Made by a program: the position numbers and the translations under genes | Assembly (NCBI GenBank): GCA_977020255.1 | Contig: CDROCS010000004.1 | Coordinates: 558,001-622,000, forward strand | Direction: 5' to 3' | Origin: Obrimoposthia wandeli | Taxonomy: Eukaryota | Length of the DNA stretch: 64,000 bases | Shown: positions 62,031-64,000 of the stretch, one piece after another | Position numbering within the stretch: position 1 is the first letter of the stretch | Layout: every line of letters begins with the position of its first letter | Notes under the pieces: model-generated | What the model saw: only the letters and a program-made list of their open reading frames with translations | Databases searched by the model: none | What the model was told of the DNA's origin: nothing

Positions 62031-62093
62031 TATATATTTATAGAGAATTTGTTAAAATTATCCAATGAAATTATCCAACGAAATTATCCAATG
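62031..62093 (-). promoter_or_regulatory. TATA box plus 3x13-bp CCAAT repeat
   Basis: TATAAATATATA (minus, 62042-62031) lies ~35-45 nt upstream of ATG 61996. AAATTATCCAA(T/C)G x3 at 62055-62093. Confidence 0.55.
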
Positions 62094-62275
62094 AGTAGCT
62101 AGTAGGAAGTCAAGACATGGTTATGATACATACAATGTATTAAAAATAAACATCAATAAAAATATATACATACTATAGCATTAAAAATATATACATACTA
62201 TTACATACTATCACATTAAAAATAAGAGGATATTAGTTAATACTTTCAAGAGGTTACCCCAGATTTTATATACAC

Positions 62276-64000
62276 CTATCTTAGACTATAGTGTCCATAT
62301 GCGACGGATTTGTTTTTCTCAAGCCAAACCCTTTTATCGTCATAACACCTTAACGCAATTTTATCATTATACATTGTAAATAATTGATGATTACGAGATA
62401 AAATACGTGTCTGACCGGCAGTTATAATTTCATCATCAACATAACACTTTATGTAATGCTCATGTCTGATTTCGGTTTGTTTAAGGGAGATACCCTTAGC
62501 CCTCATACTCGTTTTCAATGAGTAGCATTTAGGTTTCAGAAATACCCATTCATCATAAAGCACTGTCCCCTTGCTTTCATCTTTAAACTTTCCAATCACA
62601 TTTCGATGAGAATCGTTAAATAACTCATGTGTGATCGGGTAATTACTCGTATCTAACATCTGATCTTTAATCATTTGTTTTAAGAGGACATCTTTATCTA
62701 TATGCTTACACTCTAAGAAAAACGAGTCTGTATCCATTGCAACTATGTTGATATCACAATGATATTGCTTACGATACCGGTCAAGATCACTATACTGTAG
62801 TTGGTACATATGTAGTTTAGATAAGTCCAACACAGCTTGACCAATATATGATGGTCGATCCAGACAAATTTCTTTCTTTTGCATAAATAAAAGATTGAGA
62901 TTGTCGGTTATTTGAGTATGTTTCTTAAACCAAGGGCTTGAAACAAGTTTAATAAACTGACGATCATTCTTGGTAAGACGGATATCTTTACGTTTTTTAA
63001 GATTTTCCACTGTCTTACCATATATTGAATTATTTTTGAGTTTATAAAACTCTTTATCAAATGTAGTAGTACCCTCTGCCCGTTTCTGGCTATTGATATC
63101 AATATATGTTTTAAATATAGGAGCTTGATGAAACTTTATTGCTCTATGTACTTGTTTAATTTCTGCACCCAGAAACAAGTAAAATTGTAGTAGTTGTAAG
63201 TGTATGATGTAATTATTTTTATCCTCATGGGTCATCAACAGCTTTGAAGCTTTTGAGCCGGGAGGGATTTCTCTATTAGGCGCAATCGGTAAGTCATCAA
63301 GTTTATCATGAATACTGATGGGTATGCCTAAATCAATTTCCAACAAGTATCCATGTCCTTTAAGACTTAAGTCCTGCATATTACCGTGAATATCCCTCTC
63401 AGTTATAAGCTCAATTATCGCTTCAAAACCGTCATATACCCATGTAAAATCTGTATGTGGTAACGGTTGACTCAAGGCCCAGCCATATAAGTTATTTATG
63501 TCAATGTATAGGAGGAATGTTTAATCTGTTGTTTTAACGTAATGTTTATTGATGAAAGTCATCCCTCCCCGTATCCCTGCCTCAAACATGTTATACATTT
63601 CGGGATCATGCAATAAATCCACATCATACTCTAATGTTTTTAATGCGCTAGCCCAACTGAGACTAGGGATACTAAAGAAATTGAGCGCCTCTAGATTATC
63701 ATCATCCCTTACTTTCTGTCTAAAGGCCTCAAAAACATCACATAAGAGATACACGTCAAGTTTCATATACTCAAGCATGTAGTCTTTAATAGTATTACAC
63801 CCTAATACGGTCCACATCATTAGGGCTTCATTATATTGTTGATCAGTGACTCGAGAAGGAAACTCAGATTTAGCGGGTAACTGCGTCTCCATAAGCCTAT
63901 CAACACCACTAATATATTCATATGGAAATACCGCCTTACTTGTTGCAATATTAGGGTTTAGGTATTGTGTAGTATAAGGACAACTTGGCAAGTATGAAAC
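62276..64000 (-). pseudogene. Protein-primed DNA polymerase B of a second Polinton lineage; 5'-partial, one in-frame stop
   Basis: Open from the window edge: FPYEY, YMKLDVYLLCDVFEAFR (exo III), GIRGG; single TAA at 63523-63521; then in the same frame YIDINNLYGWA (motif A), YKLKNNSIYGKTVEN (B), MDTDSFF (C), GKFKDE, DDKR, AYGHY. Confidence 0.95.

Noticed and set aside
1-64000. tRNA, rRNA or other structured RNA genes; the many short AT-rich ORFs in the track
   Set aside because: No cloverleaf, A/B-box or rRNA signature recognised by eye; the short Phe/Ile/Leu/Lys-rich ORFs have no motifs and are expected at this AT content.

Overview
AT-rich eukaryotic genomic DNA, largely transposon-derived. 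Short GT-AG introns and the repeat spectrum suggest an invertebrate; a triclad-flatworm-like genome is plausible but cannot be proven here. The main feature is a ~9.8 kb decayed Polinton/Maverick (adintovirus-like) endogenous virus at ~27.5-37.3 kb. It retains a pPolB fragment, adenain protease, major and minor capsid genes, two putative protease-cleaved core proteins, a chromodomain integrase and a packaging ATPase. It also carries a two-repeat TATA-binding-protein-like gene that only becomes one ORF after splicing a 35-nt intron; the protease gene likewise needs a 43-nt intron. The same AGTAGG...CCTACT terminal repeat defines a 175-bp coding-free mini-Polinton with a perfect 6-bp TSD (15525-15699) and a second deleted copy with a tandemly duplicated end (41.0-42.7 kb). 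A diverged Polinton with a nearly intact pPolB runs off the right edge. The only clearly intact host gene is a 3-exon SLC25A44-like mitochondrial carrier with a recently expanded 24-aa repeat N-terminal extension. Three related 1.4-2.1 kb TG...CA solo-LTR-like elements, each with its own 4-bp TSD, cluster at 42.8-51.0 kb; two are inverted and 72 bp apart. The rest is Gypsy, Tc1/mariner, piggyBac, hAT, Chapaev-like and L2/CR1 LINE debris, plus a few unexplained coding-like islands. All calls are by eye and motif recall; no database searches were run.
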